A DNA stretch of 63,428 nt, counting the filler, from Nemertoderma westbladi (lineage: Eukaryota > Animalia > Xenacoelomorpha): the NCBI GenBank assembly GCA_032718475.1. It is 4 parts of 4 records of this genome, joined end to end, with 100 filler letters (N's around TTAATTAATTAA, not from the genome) between each part and the next. Parts side by side here need not be neighbours in the genome. Positions count along the whole stretch, not along the records: positions 1 to 25,530 come from JAUCBJ010008743.1; positions 25,631 to 46,934 come from JAUCBJ010003567.1; 2 more parts are not named here. One strand, given 5' to 3'. Positions within the stretch are counted from its first letter, which is position 1. Each line of letters opens with the position of its first letter. Below are positions 11,573 to 26,342 of this stretch, piece after piece. Both the position numbers and the translations under genes were made by a program. The notes below the pieces were generated by a model that was not told where the DNA came from, made no database searches, and saw only the letters and a program-made list of their open reading frames with translations.

Positions 11573-14500
11573 ATTAGGTAGAAATACTATATCATACATA
11601 GTATTAGGTAGAAATACTATATCATACATAGTATTAGGTAGAAATACTATCATAGTATTAGGCAGAAATAGTATATCAAAGTATTAGGTAGAAATACTAT
11701 ATCATACGTATTAGGTAGAAATACTATATCATAGTATTAGGTAGAAATACTATGTCATAAGTATTAGGTAGAAATACTATATCATAAGTATTAGGTAGAA
11801 ATACTATATCATACGTATTAGGTAGAAATACTATATCATAGTATTAGGTAGAAATACTATATCATAAGTATTAGGTAGAAATACTATATCATACGTATTA
11901 GGTAGAAATACTAGATCATAGTATTAGGTAGAAATACTATATCATAAGTATTAGGTAGAAATACTATATCATACGTATTAGGTAGAAATACTATATCATA
12001 GTATTAGGTAGAAATACTATGTCATAAGTATTAGGTAGAAATACTATATCATAAGTATTAGGTAGAAATACTATATCATAGTATTAGGTAGAAATACTAT
12101 ATCATAGTATTAGGTAGAAACACTATATCATAGTATTAGGTAAGCAAGCAAAGCAAACAGTCGGCCGAAGCCGGAGGCGACCCGAAGGCTCCTCTTTCGA
12201 TAGCTGCTACCCGAGGGTAGGGGTGGGCGCTACTCCTATCCCAAGATTTGCTCCCAGTTATTTAACTGGTACTCATTTTATCGACCCCAGTGGATGAAAG
12301 GCTGAGTGGACCCTGGCGGGGCTGAACCTACAACCAATAGATTGCAGGCCCGGCGCTCAACCAACTGAGCTACTAGTATTAGGTAGAAATACTATATCAT
12401 AAGTATTAGGTAGAAATACTATATCATAGTATTAGGTAGAAATACTATATCATAAGTATTAGGTAGAAATACTATATCATAGTATTAGGTAGAAATACTA
12501 TATCATAGTATTAGGTAGAAGTACTATATCATAAGTATTAGGTAGAAATACTATATCAAAGTATTAGGTAGAAATACTATGTCATAGTATTAGGTAGAAA
12601 TACTATATCATAGTATTAGGTAGAAATACTATATCATAAGTATTAGGTAGAAATACTATATCATAGTATTAGGTAGAAATACTATATCATAGTATTAGGT
12701 AGAAATACTATATCATAGTATTAGGTAGAAATACTATGTCATAAGTATTAGGTAGAAATACTATGTCATAAGTATTAGGTAGAAATACTATATCAAAGTA
12801 TTAGGTAGAAATACTATATCATAAGTATTAGGTAGAAATACTATGTCATAGTATTAGGTAGAAATACTATATCATAGTATTAGGTAGAAATACTATATCA
12901 TAAGTATTAGGTAGAAATACTATATCATAGTATTAGGTAGAAATACTATATCATAGTATTAGGTAGAAATACTATGTCATAAGTATTAGGTAGAAATACT
13001 ATATCATAAGTATTAGGTAGAAATACTATATCATAAGTATTAGGTAGAAATACTATATCATAGTATTAGGTAGAAATACTATATCATAGTATTAGGTAGA
13101 AATACTATATCATAGTATTAGGTAGAAATACTATGTCATAAGTATTAGGTAGAAATACTATATCATAAGTATTAGGTAGAAATACTATATCATAGTATTA
13201 GGTAGAAATACTATGTCATAAGTATTAGGTAGAAATACTATATCATAAGTATTAGGTAGAAATACTATATCATAAGTATTAGGTAGAAATACTATATCAT
13301 AGTATTAGGTAGAAATACTATATCATAGTATTAGGTAGAAATACTATATCATAGTATTAGGTAGAAATACTATGTCATAAGTATTAGGTAGAAATACTAT
13401 ATCATAGTATTAGGTAGAAATACTATATCATAAGTATTAGGTAGAAATACTATATCATAGTATTAGGTAGAAATACTATATCATAGTATTAGGTAGAAAT
13501 ACTATATCATAGTATTAGGTAGAAATACTATATCATAGTATTAGGTAGAAATACTATATCATAGTATTAGGTAGAAATACTATGTCATAAGTATTAGGTA
13601 GAAATACTATATCATAAGTATTAGGTAGAAATACTATATCATAGTATTAGGTAGAAATACTATATCATAAGTATTAGGTAGAAATACTATGTCATAGTAT
13701 TAGGTAGAAATACTATATCATAAGTATTAGGTAGAAATACTATATCATAGTATTAGGTAGAAATACTATATCATAGTATTAGGTAGAAATACTATATCAT
13801 AGTATTAGGTAGAAATACTATATCATAGTATTAGGTAGAAATACTATATCATAAGTATTAGGTAGAAATACTATATCATAAGTATTAGGTAGAAATACTA
13901 TATCATAGTATTAGGTAGAAATACTATATCATAGTATTAGGTAGAAATACTATATCATAGTATTAGGTAGAAATACTATGTCATAAGTATTAGGTAGAAA
14001 TACTATATCATAGTATTAGGTAGAAATACTATATCATAGTATTAGGTAGAAATACTATATCATAAGTATTAGGTAGAAATACTATATCATAGTATTAGGT
14101 AGAAATACTATATCATAAGTATTAGGTAGAAATACTATATCATAAGTATTAGGTAGAAATACTATATCATAAGTATTAGGTAGAAATACTATATCATAAG
14201 TATTAGGTAGAAATACTATATCATAAGTATTAGGTAGAAATACTATATCATAAGTATTAGGTAGAAATACTATATCATAAGTATTAGGTAGAAATACTAT
14301 ATCATAGTATTAGGTAGAAATACTATATCATAGTATTAGGTAGAAATACTATATCATAAGTATTAGGTAGAAATACTATATCATAGTATTAGGTAGAAAT
14401 ACTATATCATAAGTATTAGGTAGAAATACTATATCATAGTATTAGGTAGAAATACTATATCATAGTATTAGGTAGAAATACTATATCATAGTATTAGGTA

Positions 14501-17500
14501 GAAATACTATATCAAAGTATTAGGTAGAAATACTATATCATAAGTATTAGGTAGAAATACTATGTCATAGTATTAGGTAGAAATACTATATCATAAGTAT
14601 TAGGTAGAAATACTATATCATAGTATTAGGTAGAAATACTATATCATAGTATTAGGTAGAAATACTATATCATAGTATTAGGTAGAAATACTATATCATA
14701 GTATTAGGTAGAAATACTATATCATAGTATTAGGTAGAAATACTATATCATAGTATTAGGTAGAAATACTATATCATAGTATTAGGTAGAAATACTATAT
14801 CATAGTATTAGGTAGAAATACTATATCATAGTATTAGGTAGAAATACTATATCATAAGTATTAGGTAGAAATACTATATCATAAGTATTAGGTAGAAATA
14901 CTATATCATAAGTATTAGGTAGAAATACTATATCATAAGTATTAGGTAGAAATACTATATCATAGTATTAGGTAGAAATACTATATCATAAGTATTAGGT
15001 AGAAATACTATATCATAGTATTAGGTAGAAATACTATATCATAGTATTAGGTAGAAATACTATATCATAAGTATTAGGTAGAAATACTATATCATAGTAT
15101 TAGGTAGAAATACTATATCATAAGTATTAGGTAGAAATACTATATCATAGTATTAGGTAGAAATACTATATCATAAGTATTAGGTAGAAATACTATATCA
15201 TAGTATTAGGTAGAAATACTATATCATAGTATTAGGTAGAAATACTATATCATAGTATTAGGTAGAAATACTATATCATAAGTATTAGGTAGAAATACTA
15301 TATCATAAGTATTAGGTAGAAATACTATATCATAGTATTAGGTAGAAATACTATATCATAAGTATTAGGTAGAAATACTATATCATAGTATTAGGTAGAA
15401 ATACTATATCATAGTATTAGGTAGAAATACTATATCATAGTATTAGGTAGAAATACTATATCATAGTATTAGGTAGAAATACTATATCATAGTATTAGGT
15501 AGAAATACTATATCATAGTATTAGGTAGAAATACTATATCATAAGTATTAGGTAGAAATACTATATCATAAGTATTAGGTAGAAATACTATATCATAGTA
15601 TTAGGTAGAAATACTATATCATAAGTATTAGGTAGAAATACTATATCATAAGTATTAGGTAGAAATACTATATCATAAGTATTAGGTAGAAATACTATAT
15701 CATAGTATTAGGTAGAAATACTATATCATAGTATTAGGTAGAAATACTATATCATAAGTATTAGGTAGAAATACTATATCATAGTATTAGGTAGAAATAC
15801 TATATCATAAGTATTAGGTAGAAATACTATATCATAAGTATTAGGTAGAAATACTATATCATAAGTATTAGGTAGAAATACTATATCATAGTATTAGGTA
15901 GAAATACTATATCATAGTATTAGGTAGAAATACTATATCATAAGTATTAGGTAGAAATACTATATCATAAGTATTAGGTAGAAATACTATATCATAGTAT
16001 TAGGTAGAAATACTATATCATAGTATTAGGTAGAAATACTATATCATAGTATTAGGTAGAAATACTATATCATAGTATTAGGTAGAAATACTATATCATA
16101 GTATTAGGTAGAAATACTATATCATAAGTATTAGGTAGAAATACTATATCATAGTATTAGGTAGAAATACTATATCATAGTATTAGGTAGAAATACTATA
16201 TCATAGTATTAGGTAGAAATACTATATCATAAGTATTAGGTAGAAATACTATATCATAGTATTAGGTAGAAATACTATATCATAGTATTAGGTAGAAATA
16301 CTATATCATAAGTATTAGGTAGAAATACTATATCATAGTATTAGGTAGAAATACTATATCATAAGTATTAGGTAGAAATACTATATCATAAGTATTAGGT
16401 AGAAATACTATATCATAAGTATTAGGTAGAAATACTATATCATAGTATTAGGTAGAAATACTATATCATAAGTATTAGGTAGAAATACTATATCATAGTA
16501 TTAGGTAGAAATACTATATCATAAGTATTAGGTAGAAATACTATATCATAAGTATTAGGTAGAAATACTATATCATAAGTATTAGGTAGAAATACTATAT
16601 CATAAGTATTAGGTAGAAATACTATATCATAGTATTAGGTAGAAATACTATATCATAAGTATTAGGTAGAAATACTATATCATAAGTATTAGGTAGAAAT
16701 ACTATATCATAGTATTAGGTAGAAATACTATATCATAGTATTAGGTAGAAATACTATATCATAAGTATTAGGTAGAAATACTATATCATAGTATTAGGTA
16801 GAAATACTATATCATAAGTATTAGGTAGAAATACTATATCATAGTATTAGGTAGAAATACTATATCATAAGTATTAGGTAGAAATACTATATCATAGTAT
16901 TAGGTAGAAATACTATATCATAGTATTAGGTAGAAATACTATATCATAGTATTAGGTAGAAATACTATATCATAGTATTAGGTAGAAATACTATATCATA
17001 GTATTAGGTAGAAATACTATATCATAAGTATTAGGTAGAAATACTATATCATAAGTATTAGGTAGAAATACTATATCATAGTATTAGGTAGAAATACTAT
17101 ATCATAAGTATTAGGTAGAAATACTATATCATAGTATTAGGTAGAAATACTATATCATAAGTATTAGGTAGAAATACTATATCATAGTATTAGGTAGAAA
17201 TACTATATCATAAGTATTAGGTAGAAATACTATATCATAAGTATTAGGTAGAAATACTATATCATAGTATTAGGTAGAAATACTATATCATAAGTATTAG
17301 GTAGAAATACTATATCATAAGTATTAGGTAGAAATACTATATCATAAGTATTAGGTAGAAATACTATATCATAGTATTAGGTAGAAATACTATATCATAA
17401 GTATTAGGTAGAAATACTATATCATAGTATTAGGTAGAAATACTATATCATAGTATTAGGTAGAAATACTATATCATAAGTATTAGGTAGAAATACTATA

Positions 17501-20500
17501 TCATAAGTATTAGGTAGAAATACTATATCATAGTATTAGGTAGAAATACTATATCATAGTATTAGGTAGAAATACTATATCATAAGTATTAGGTAGAAAT
17601 ACTATATCATAGTATTAGGTAGAAATACTATATCATAGTATTAGGTAGAAATACTATATCATAGTATTAGGTAGAAATACTATATCATAGTATTAGGTAG
17701 AAATACTATATCATAGTATTAGGTAGAAATACTATATCATAGTATTAGGTAGAAATACTATATCATAAGTATTAGGTAGAAATACTATATCATAGTATTA
17801 GGTAGAAATACTATATCATAGTATTAGGTAGAAATACTATATCATAGTATTAGGTAGAAATACTATATCATAAGTATTAGGTAGAAATACTATATCATAA
17901 GTATTAGGTAGAAATACTATATCATAGTATTAGGTAGAAATACTATATCATAGTATTAGGTAGAAATACTATATCATAGTATTAGGTAGAAATACTATAT
18001 CATAGTATTAGGTAGAAATACTATATCATAGTATTAGGTAGAAATACTATATCATAAGTATTAGGTAGAAATACTATATCATAGTATTAGGTAGAAATAC
18101 TATATCATAAGTATTAGGTAGAAATACTATATCATAGTATTAGGTAGAAATACTATATCATAAGTATTAGGTAGAAATACTATATCATAAGTATTAGGTA
18201 GAAATACTATATCATAAGTATTAGGTAGAAATACTATATCATAAGTATTAGGTAGAAATACTATATCATAGTATTAGGTAGAAATACTATATCATAAGTA
18301 TTAGGTAGAAATACTATATCATAAGTATTAGGTAGAAATACTATATCATAGTATTAGGTAGAAATACTATATCATAGTATTAGGTAGAAATACTATATCA
18401 TAGTATTAGGTAGAAATACTATATCATAGTATTAGGTAGAAATACTATATCATAAGTATTAGGTAGAAATACTATATCATAGTATTAGGTAGAAATACTA
18501 TATCATAAGTATTAGGTAGAAATACTATATCATAAGTATTAGGTAGAAATACTATATCATAGTATTAGGTAGAAATACTATATCATAGTATTAGGTAGAA
18601 ATACTATATCATAGTATTAGGTAGAAATACTATATCATAGTATTAGGTAGAAATACTATATCATAAGTATTAGGTAGAAATACTATATCATAAGTATTAG
18701 GTAGAAATACTATATCATAGTATTAGGTAGAAATACTATATCATAAGTATTAGGTAGAAATACTATATCATAGTATTAGGTAGAAATACTATATCATAGT
18801 ATTAGGTAGAAATACTATATCATAGTATTAGGTAGAAATACTATATCATAGTATTAGGTAGAAATACTATATCATAGTATTAGGTAGAAATACTATATCA
18901 TAAGTATTAGGTAGAAATACTATATCATAGTATTAGGTAGAAATACTATATCATAGTATTAGGTAGAAATACTATATCATAAGTATTAGGTAGAAATACT
19001 ATATCATAGTATTAGGTAGAAATACTATATCATAAGTATTAGGTAGAAATACTATATCATAGTATTAGGTAGAAATACTATATCATAGTATTAGGTAGAA
19101 ATACTATATCATAAGTATTAGGTAGAAATACTATATCATAGTATTAGGTAGAAATACTATATCATAAGTATTAGGTAGAAATACTATATCATAGTATTAG
19201 GTAGAAATACTATATCATAGTATTAGGTAGAAATACTATATCATAGTATTAGGTAGAAATACTATATCATAGTATTAGGTAGAAATACTATATCATAGTA
19301 TTAGGTAGAAATACTATATCATAGTATTAGGTAGAAATACTATATCATAGTATTAGGTAGAAATACTATATCATAAGTATTAGGTAGAAATACTATATCA
19401 TAGTATTAGGTAGAAATACTATATCATAGTATTAGGTAGAAATACTATATCATAGTATTAGGTAGAAATACTATATCATAAGTATTAGGTAGAAATACTA
19501 TATCATAAGTATTAGGTAGAAATACTATATCATAAGTATTAGGTAGAAATACTATATCATAGTATTAGGTAGAAATACTATATCATAGTATTAGGTAGAA
19601 ATACTATATCATAAGTATTAGGTAGAAATACTATATCATAAGTATTAGGTAGAAATACTATATCATAAGTATTAGGTAGAAATACTATATCATAAGTATT
19701 AGGTAGAAATACTATATCATAGTATTAGGTAGAAATACTATATCATAGTATTAGGTAGAAATACTATATCATAAGTATTAGGTAGAAATACTATATCATA
19801 AGTATTAGGTAGAAATACTATATCATAGTATTAGGTAGAAATACTATATCATAGTATTAGGTAGAAATACTATATCATAAGTATTAGGTAGAAATACTAT
19901 ATCATAAGTATTAGGTAGAAATACTATATCATAAGTATTAGGTAGAAATACTATATCATAAGTATTAGGTAGAAATACTATATCATAGTATTAGGTAGAA
20001 ATACTATATCATAGTATTAGGTAGAAATACTATATCATAAGTATTAGGTAGAAATACTATATCATAAGTATTAGGTAGAAATACTATATCATAGTATTAG
20101 GTAGAAATACTATATCATAGTATTAGGTAGAAATACTATATCATAGTATTAGGTAGAAATACTATATCATAGTATTAGGTAGAAATACTATATCATAAGT
20201 ATTAGGTAGAAATACTATATCATAAGTATTAGGTAGAAATACTATATCATAAGTATTAGGTAGAAATACTATATCATAGTATTAGGTAGAAATACTATAT
20301 CATAGTATTAGGTAGAAATACTATATCATAAGTATTAGGTAGAAATACTATATCATAGTATTAGGTAGAAATACTATATCATAGTATTAGGTAGAAATAC
20401 TATATCATAGTATTAGGTAGAAATACTATATCATAAGTATTAGGTAGAAATACTATATCATAGTATTAGGTAGAAATACTATATCATAGTATTAGGTAGA

Positions 20501-23500
20501 AATACTATATCATAAGTATTAGGTAGAAATACTATATCATAGTATTAGGTAGAAATACTATATCATAGTATTAGGTAGAAATACTATATCATAGTATTAG
20601 GTAGAAATACTATATCATAGTATTAGGTAGAAATACTATATCATAGTATTAGGTAGAAATACTATATCATAAGTATTAGGTAGAAATACTATATCATAGT
20701 ATTAGGTAGAAATACTATATCATAAGTATTAGGTAGAAATACTATATCATAGTATTAGGTAGAAATACTATATCATAGTATTAGGTAGAAATACTATATC
20801 ATAAGTATTAGGTAGAAATACTATATCATAGTATTAGGTAGAAATACTATATCATAGTATTAGGTAGAAATACTATATCATAGTATTAGGTAGAAATACT
20901 ATATCATAGTATTAGGTAGAAATACTATATCATAGTATTAGGTAGAAATACTATATCATAAGTATTAGGTAGAAATACTATATCATAAGTATTAGGTAGA
21001 AATACTATATCATAGTATTAGGTAGAAATACTATATCATAAGTATTAGGTAGAAATACTATATCATAGTATTAGGTAGAAATACTATATCATAGTATTAG
21101 GTAGAAATACTATATCATAAGTATTAGGTAGAAATACTATATCATAGTATTAGGTAGAAATACTATATCATAAGTATTAGGTAGAAATACTATATCATAG
21201 TATTAGGTAGAAATACTATATCATAAGTATTAGGTAGAAATACTATATCATAAGTATTAGGTAGAAATACTATATCATAAGTATTAGGTAGAAATACTAT
21301 ATCATAAGTATTAGGTAGAAATACTATATCATAGTATTAGGTAGAAATACTATATCATAGTATTAGGTAGAAATACTATATCATAGTATTAGGTAGAAAT
21401 ACTATATCATAAGTATTAGGTAGAAATACTATATCATAAGTATTAGGTAGAAATACTATATCATAGTATTAGGTAGAAATACTATATCATAGTATTAGGT
21501 AGAAATACTATATCATAAGTATTAGGTAGAAATACTATATCATAAGTATTAGGTAGAAATACTATATCATAAGTATTAGGTAGAAATACTATATCATAAG
21601 TATTAGGTAGAAATACTATATCATAAGTATTAGGTAGAAATACTATATCATAGTATTAGGTAGAAATACTATATCATAGTATTAGGTAGAAATACTATAT
21701 CATAGTATTAGGTAGAAATACTATATCATAAGTATTAGGTAGAAATACTATATCATAGTATTAGGTAGAAATACTATATCATAGTATTAGGTAGAAATAC
21801 TATATCATAAGTATTAGGTAGAAATACTATATCATAAGTATTAGGTAGAAATACTATATCATAGTATTAGGTAGAAATACTATATCATAAGTATTAGGTA
21901 GAAATACTATATCATAGTATTAGGTAGAAATACTATATCATAGTATTAGGTAGAAATACTATATCATAAGTATTAGGTAGAAATACTATATCATAGTATT
22001 AGGTAGAAATACTATATCATAGTATTAGGTAGAAATACTATATCATAAGTATTAGGTAGAAATACTATATCATAGTATTAGGTAGAAATACTATATCATA
22101 AGTATTAGGTAGAAATACTATATCATAGTATTAGGTAGAAATACTATATCATAGTATTAGGTAGAAATACTATATCATAAGTATTAGGTAGAAATACTAT
22201 ATCATAGTATTAGGTAGAAATACTATATCATAGTATTAGGTAGAAATACTATATCATAAGTATTAGGTAGAAATACTATATCATAGTATTAGGTAGAAAT
22301 ACTATATCATAGTATTAGGTAGAAATACTATATCATAAGTATTAGGTAGAAATACTATATCATAAGTATTAGGTAGAAATACTATATCATAAGTATTAGG
22401 TAGAAATACTATATCATAGTATTAGGTAGAAATACTATATCATAAGTATTAGGTAGAAATACTATATCATAGTATTAGGTAGAAATACTATATCATAAGT
22501 ATTAGGTAGAAATACTATATCATAGTATTAGGTAGAAATACTATATCATAAGTATTAGGTAGAAATACTATATCATAGTATTAGGTAGAAATACTATATC
22601 AAAGTATTAGGTAGAAATACTATATCATAAGTATTAGGTAGAAATACTATATCATAGTATTAGGTAGAAATACTATATCATAAGTATTAGGTAGAAATAC
22701 TATATCATAAGTATTAGGTAGAAATACTATATCATAAGTATTAGGTAGAAATACTATATCATAGTATTAGGTAGAAATACTATATCATAGTATTAGGTAG
22801 AAATACTATATCATAAGTATTAGGTAGAAATACTATATCATAGTATTAGGTAGAAATACTATATCATAAGTATTAGGTAGAAATACTATATCATAAGTAT
22901 TAGGTAGAAATACTATATCATAAGTATTAGGTAGAAATACTATATCATAAGTATTAGGTAGAAATACTATATCATAAGTATTAGGTAGAAATACTATATC
23001 ATAAGTATTAGGTAGAAATACTATATCATAGTATTAGGTAGAAATACTATATCATAAGTATTAGGTAGAAATACTATATCATAAGTATTAGGTAGAAATA
23101 CTATATCATAAGTATTAGGTAGAAATACTATATCATAGTATTAGGTAGAAATACTATATCATAGTATTAGGTAGAAATACTATATCATAAGTATTAGGTA
23201 GAAATACTATATCATAAGTATTAGGTAGAAATACTATATCATAGTATTAGGTAGAAATACTATATCATAGTATTAGGTAGAAATACTATATCATAAGTAT
23301 TAGGTAGAAATACTATATCATAGTATTAGGTAGAAATACTATATCATAAGTATTAGGTAGAAATACTATATCATAAGTATTAGGTAGAAATACTATATCA
23401 TAGTATTAGGTAGAAATACTATATCATAGTATTAGGTAGAAATACTATATCATAAGTATTAGGTAGAAATACTATATCATAAGTATTAGGTAGAAATACT

Positions 23501-25530
23501 ATATCATAGTATTAGGTAGAAATACTATATCATAGTATTAGGTAGAAATACTATATCATAAGTATTAGGTAGAAATACTATATCATAGTATTAGGTAGAA
23601 ATACTATATCATAAGTATTAGGTAGAAATACTATATCATAAGTATTAGGTAGAAATACTATATCATAGTATTAGGTAGAAATACTATATCATAAGTATTA
23701 GGTAGAAATACTATATCATAGTATTAGGTAGAAATACTATATCATAGTATTAGGTAGAAATACTATATCATAAGTATTAGGTAGAAATACTATATCATAG
23801 TATTAGGTAGAAATACTATATCATAAGTATTAGGTAGAAATACTATATCATAAGTATTAGGTAGAAATACTATATCATAGTATTAGGTAGAAATACTATA
23901 TCATAAGTATTAGGTAGAAATACTATATCATAAGTATTAGGTAGAAATACTATATCATAAGTATTAGGTAGAAATACTATATCATAAGTATTAGGTAGAA
24001 ATACTATATCATAAGTATTAGGTAGAAATACTATATCATAGTATTAGGTAGAAATACTATATCATAAGTATTAGGTAGAAATACTATATCATAGTATTAG
24101 GTAGAAATACTATATCATAAGTATTAGGTAGAAATACTATATCATAAGTATTAGGTAGAAATACTATATCATAGTATTAGGTAGAAATACTATATCATAA
24201 GTATTAGGTAGAAATACTATATCATAAGTATTAGGTAGAAATACTATATCATAGTATTAGGTAGAAATACTATATCATAAGTATTAGGTAGAAATACTAT
24301 ATCATAAGTATTAGGTAGAAATACTATATCATAGTATTAGGTAGAAATACTATATCATAAGTATTAGGTAGAAATACTATATCATAGTATTAGGTAGAAA
24401 TACTATATCATAGTATTAGGTAGAAATACTATATCATAGTATTAGGTAGAAATACTATATCATAGTATTAGGTAGAAATACTATATCATAAGTATTAGGT
24501 AGAAATACTATATCATAAGTATTAGGTAGAAATACTATATCATAGTATTAGGTAGAAATACTATATCATAAGTATTAGGTAGAAATACTATATCATAAGT
24601 ATTAGGTAGAAATACTATATCATAAGTATTAGGTAGAAATACTATATCATAAGTATTAGGTAGAAATACTATATCATAAGTATTAGGTAGAAATACTATA
24701 TCATAAGTATTAGGTAGAAATACTATATCATAGTATTAGGTAGAAATACTATATCATAAGTATTAGGTAGAAATACTATATCATAGTATTAGGTAGAAAT
24801 ACTATATCATAGTATTAGGTAGAAATACTATATCATAAGTATTAGGTAGAAATACTATATCATAGTATTAGGTAGAAATACTATATCATAAGTATTAGGT
24901 AGAAATACTATATCATAAGTATTAGGTAGAAATACTATATCATAAGTATTAGGTAGAAATACTATATCATAAGTATTAGGTAGAAATACTATATCATAAG
25001 TATTAGGTAGAAATACTATATCATAAGTATTAGGTAGAAATACTATATCATAAGTATTAGGTAGAAATACTATATCATAAGTATTAGGTAGAAATACTAT
25101 ATCATAAGTATTAGGTAGAAATACTATATCATAAGTATTAGGTAGAAATACTATATCATAGTATTAGGTAGAAATACTATATCATAAGTATTAGGTAGAA
25201 ATACTATATCATAAGTATTAGGTAGAAATACTATATCATAAGTATTAGGTAGAAATACTATATCATAAGTATTAGGTAGAAATACTATATCATAGTATTA
25301 GGTAGAAATACTATATCATAGTATTAGGTAGAAATACTATATCATAAGTATTAGGTAGAAATACTATATCATAGTATTAGGTAGAAATACTATATCATAA
25401 GTATTAGGTAGAAATACTATATCATAAGTATTAGGTAGAAATACTATATCATAAGTATTAGGTAGAAATACTATATCATAAGTATTAGGTAGAAATACTA
25501 TATCATAAGTATTAGGTAGAAATACTATAT
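11573..25530 (+). repeat. ~14-kb tandem array of 26/27-bp units cat(a)agtattaggtagaaatactatat, roughly 500 copies, running into the contig end
   Basis: Directly visible. The two length variants differ by one A. The 26-mer has an 8-bp stem ATAGTATT/AATACTAT with loop AGGTAGA, and every unit contains TTAGG. Confidence 0.98.
12143..12373 (-). mobile_element. tRNA-derived SINE (family B) inserted in the satellite
   Basis: Minus strand gtagctcagttggttgagcg..ggttcag head, central cactcagcctttcatcc..gtcgataaaatgagtacc block, (ttgc)n tail; 12-bp TSD tagtattaggta (12131-12142 / 12374-12385). Second copy at 56577-58166. Confidence 0.85.
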
Positions 25531-25630
25531 NNNNNNNNNNNNNNNNNNNNNNNNNNNNNNNNNNNNNNNNNNNNTTAATTAATTAANNNNNNNNNNNNNN
25601 NNNNNNNNNNNNNNNNNNNNNNNNNNNNNN
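25531..25630. other. Artificial contig spacer (N44-TTAATTAATTAA-N44)
   Basis: 100 nt with a centred six-frame stop linker; same structure at two other sites. Confidence 0.95.
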
Positions 25631-26342
25631 AATTAGGTACTACGTACCTACTAACTCTAACTCTAACTAGGTACTACGTACCTACTAACTCTAACTATCG
25701 GTACTACGTACCCTCTAACTAGGTACTACATACCTACTGACTCTCTAACTATCGGTACTACGTACCCTCTAACTCTAACTCTAACTAGGTACTACGTACC
25801 TACTAACTCTCTAACTATCGGTACTACGTACCCTCTAGTTCTAACTCTAACTAGGTACTACGTACCTACTAACTCTCTAACTATCGGTACTACGTACCCT
25901 CTAGCTCTAACTCTAACTAGGTACTACGTATCTACTAACTCTCTAACTATCGGTACTACGTACCCTCTAACTCTAACTCTAACTAGGTACTACGTACCTA
26001 CTAACTCTCTAACCATCGGTACTACATACCCTCTAGCTCTAACTCTAACTAGGTACTACGTACCTACTAACTCTCTAACCATCGGTACTACGTACCCTCT
26101 AGCTCTAACTCTAACTAGGTACTACGTACCTACTAACTCTCTAACTATCGGTACTACGTACCCTCTAACTCTAACTCTAACTAGGTACTACGTACCTACT
26201 AACTCTCTAACTATCGGTACTACGTACCCTCTAACTCTAACTCTAACTAGGTACTACGTACCTACTAACTAACTAACTCTAGGCACTACGTACCTACTAA
26301 CTAACTAACTCTAGGTACTACGTACCTACTAACTAACTAACT
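25631..26342. repeat. Compound ~66-bp tandem repeat (taggtactacgtaccta / tcggtactacgtaccc subunits linked by ctaact) in the 3' region of the BEL-derived element
   Basis: Alternating hairpin subunits GGTAC-tac-GTACC joined by (ctaact)n; runs into the contig start. Confidence 0.9.

Noticed and set aside
11573-25530. CRISPR array (hairpin repeats of CRISPR-like length)
   Set aside because: Units are head-to-tail with no unique spacers, there are no cas genes, and the context is eukaryotic.
25531-25630. TTAATTAATTAA as a biological motif, and physical linkage of the satellite to the BEL element
   Set aside because: The same linker is centred in three 100-nt N blocks, so it is an assembly or concatenation spacer; adjacency across it is unproven.
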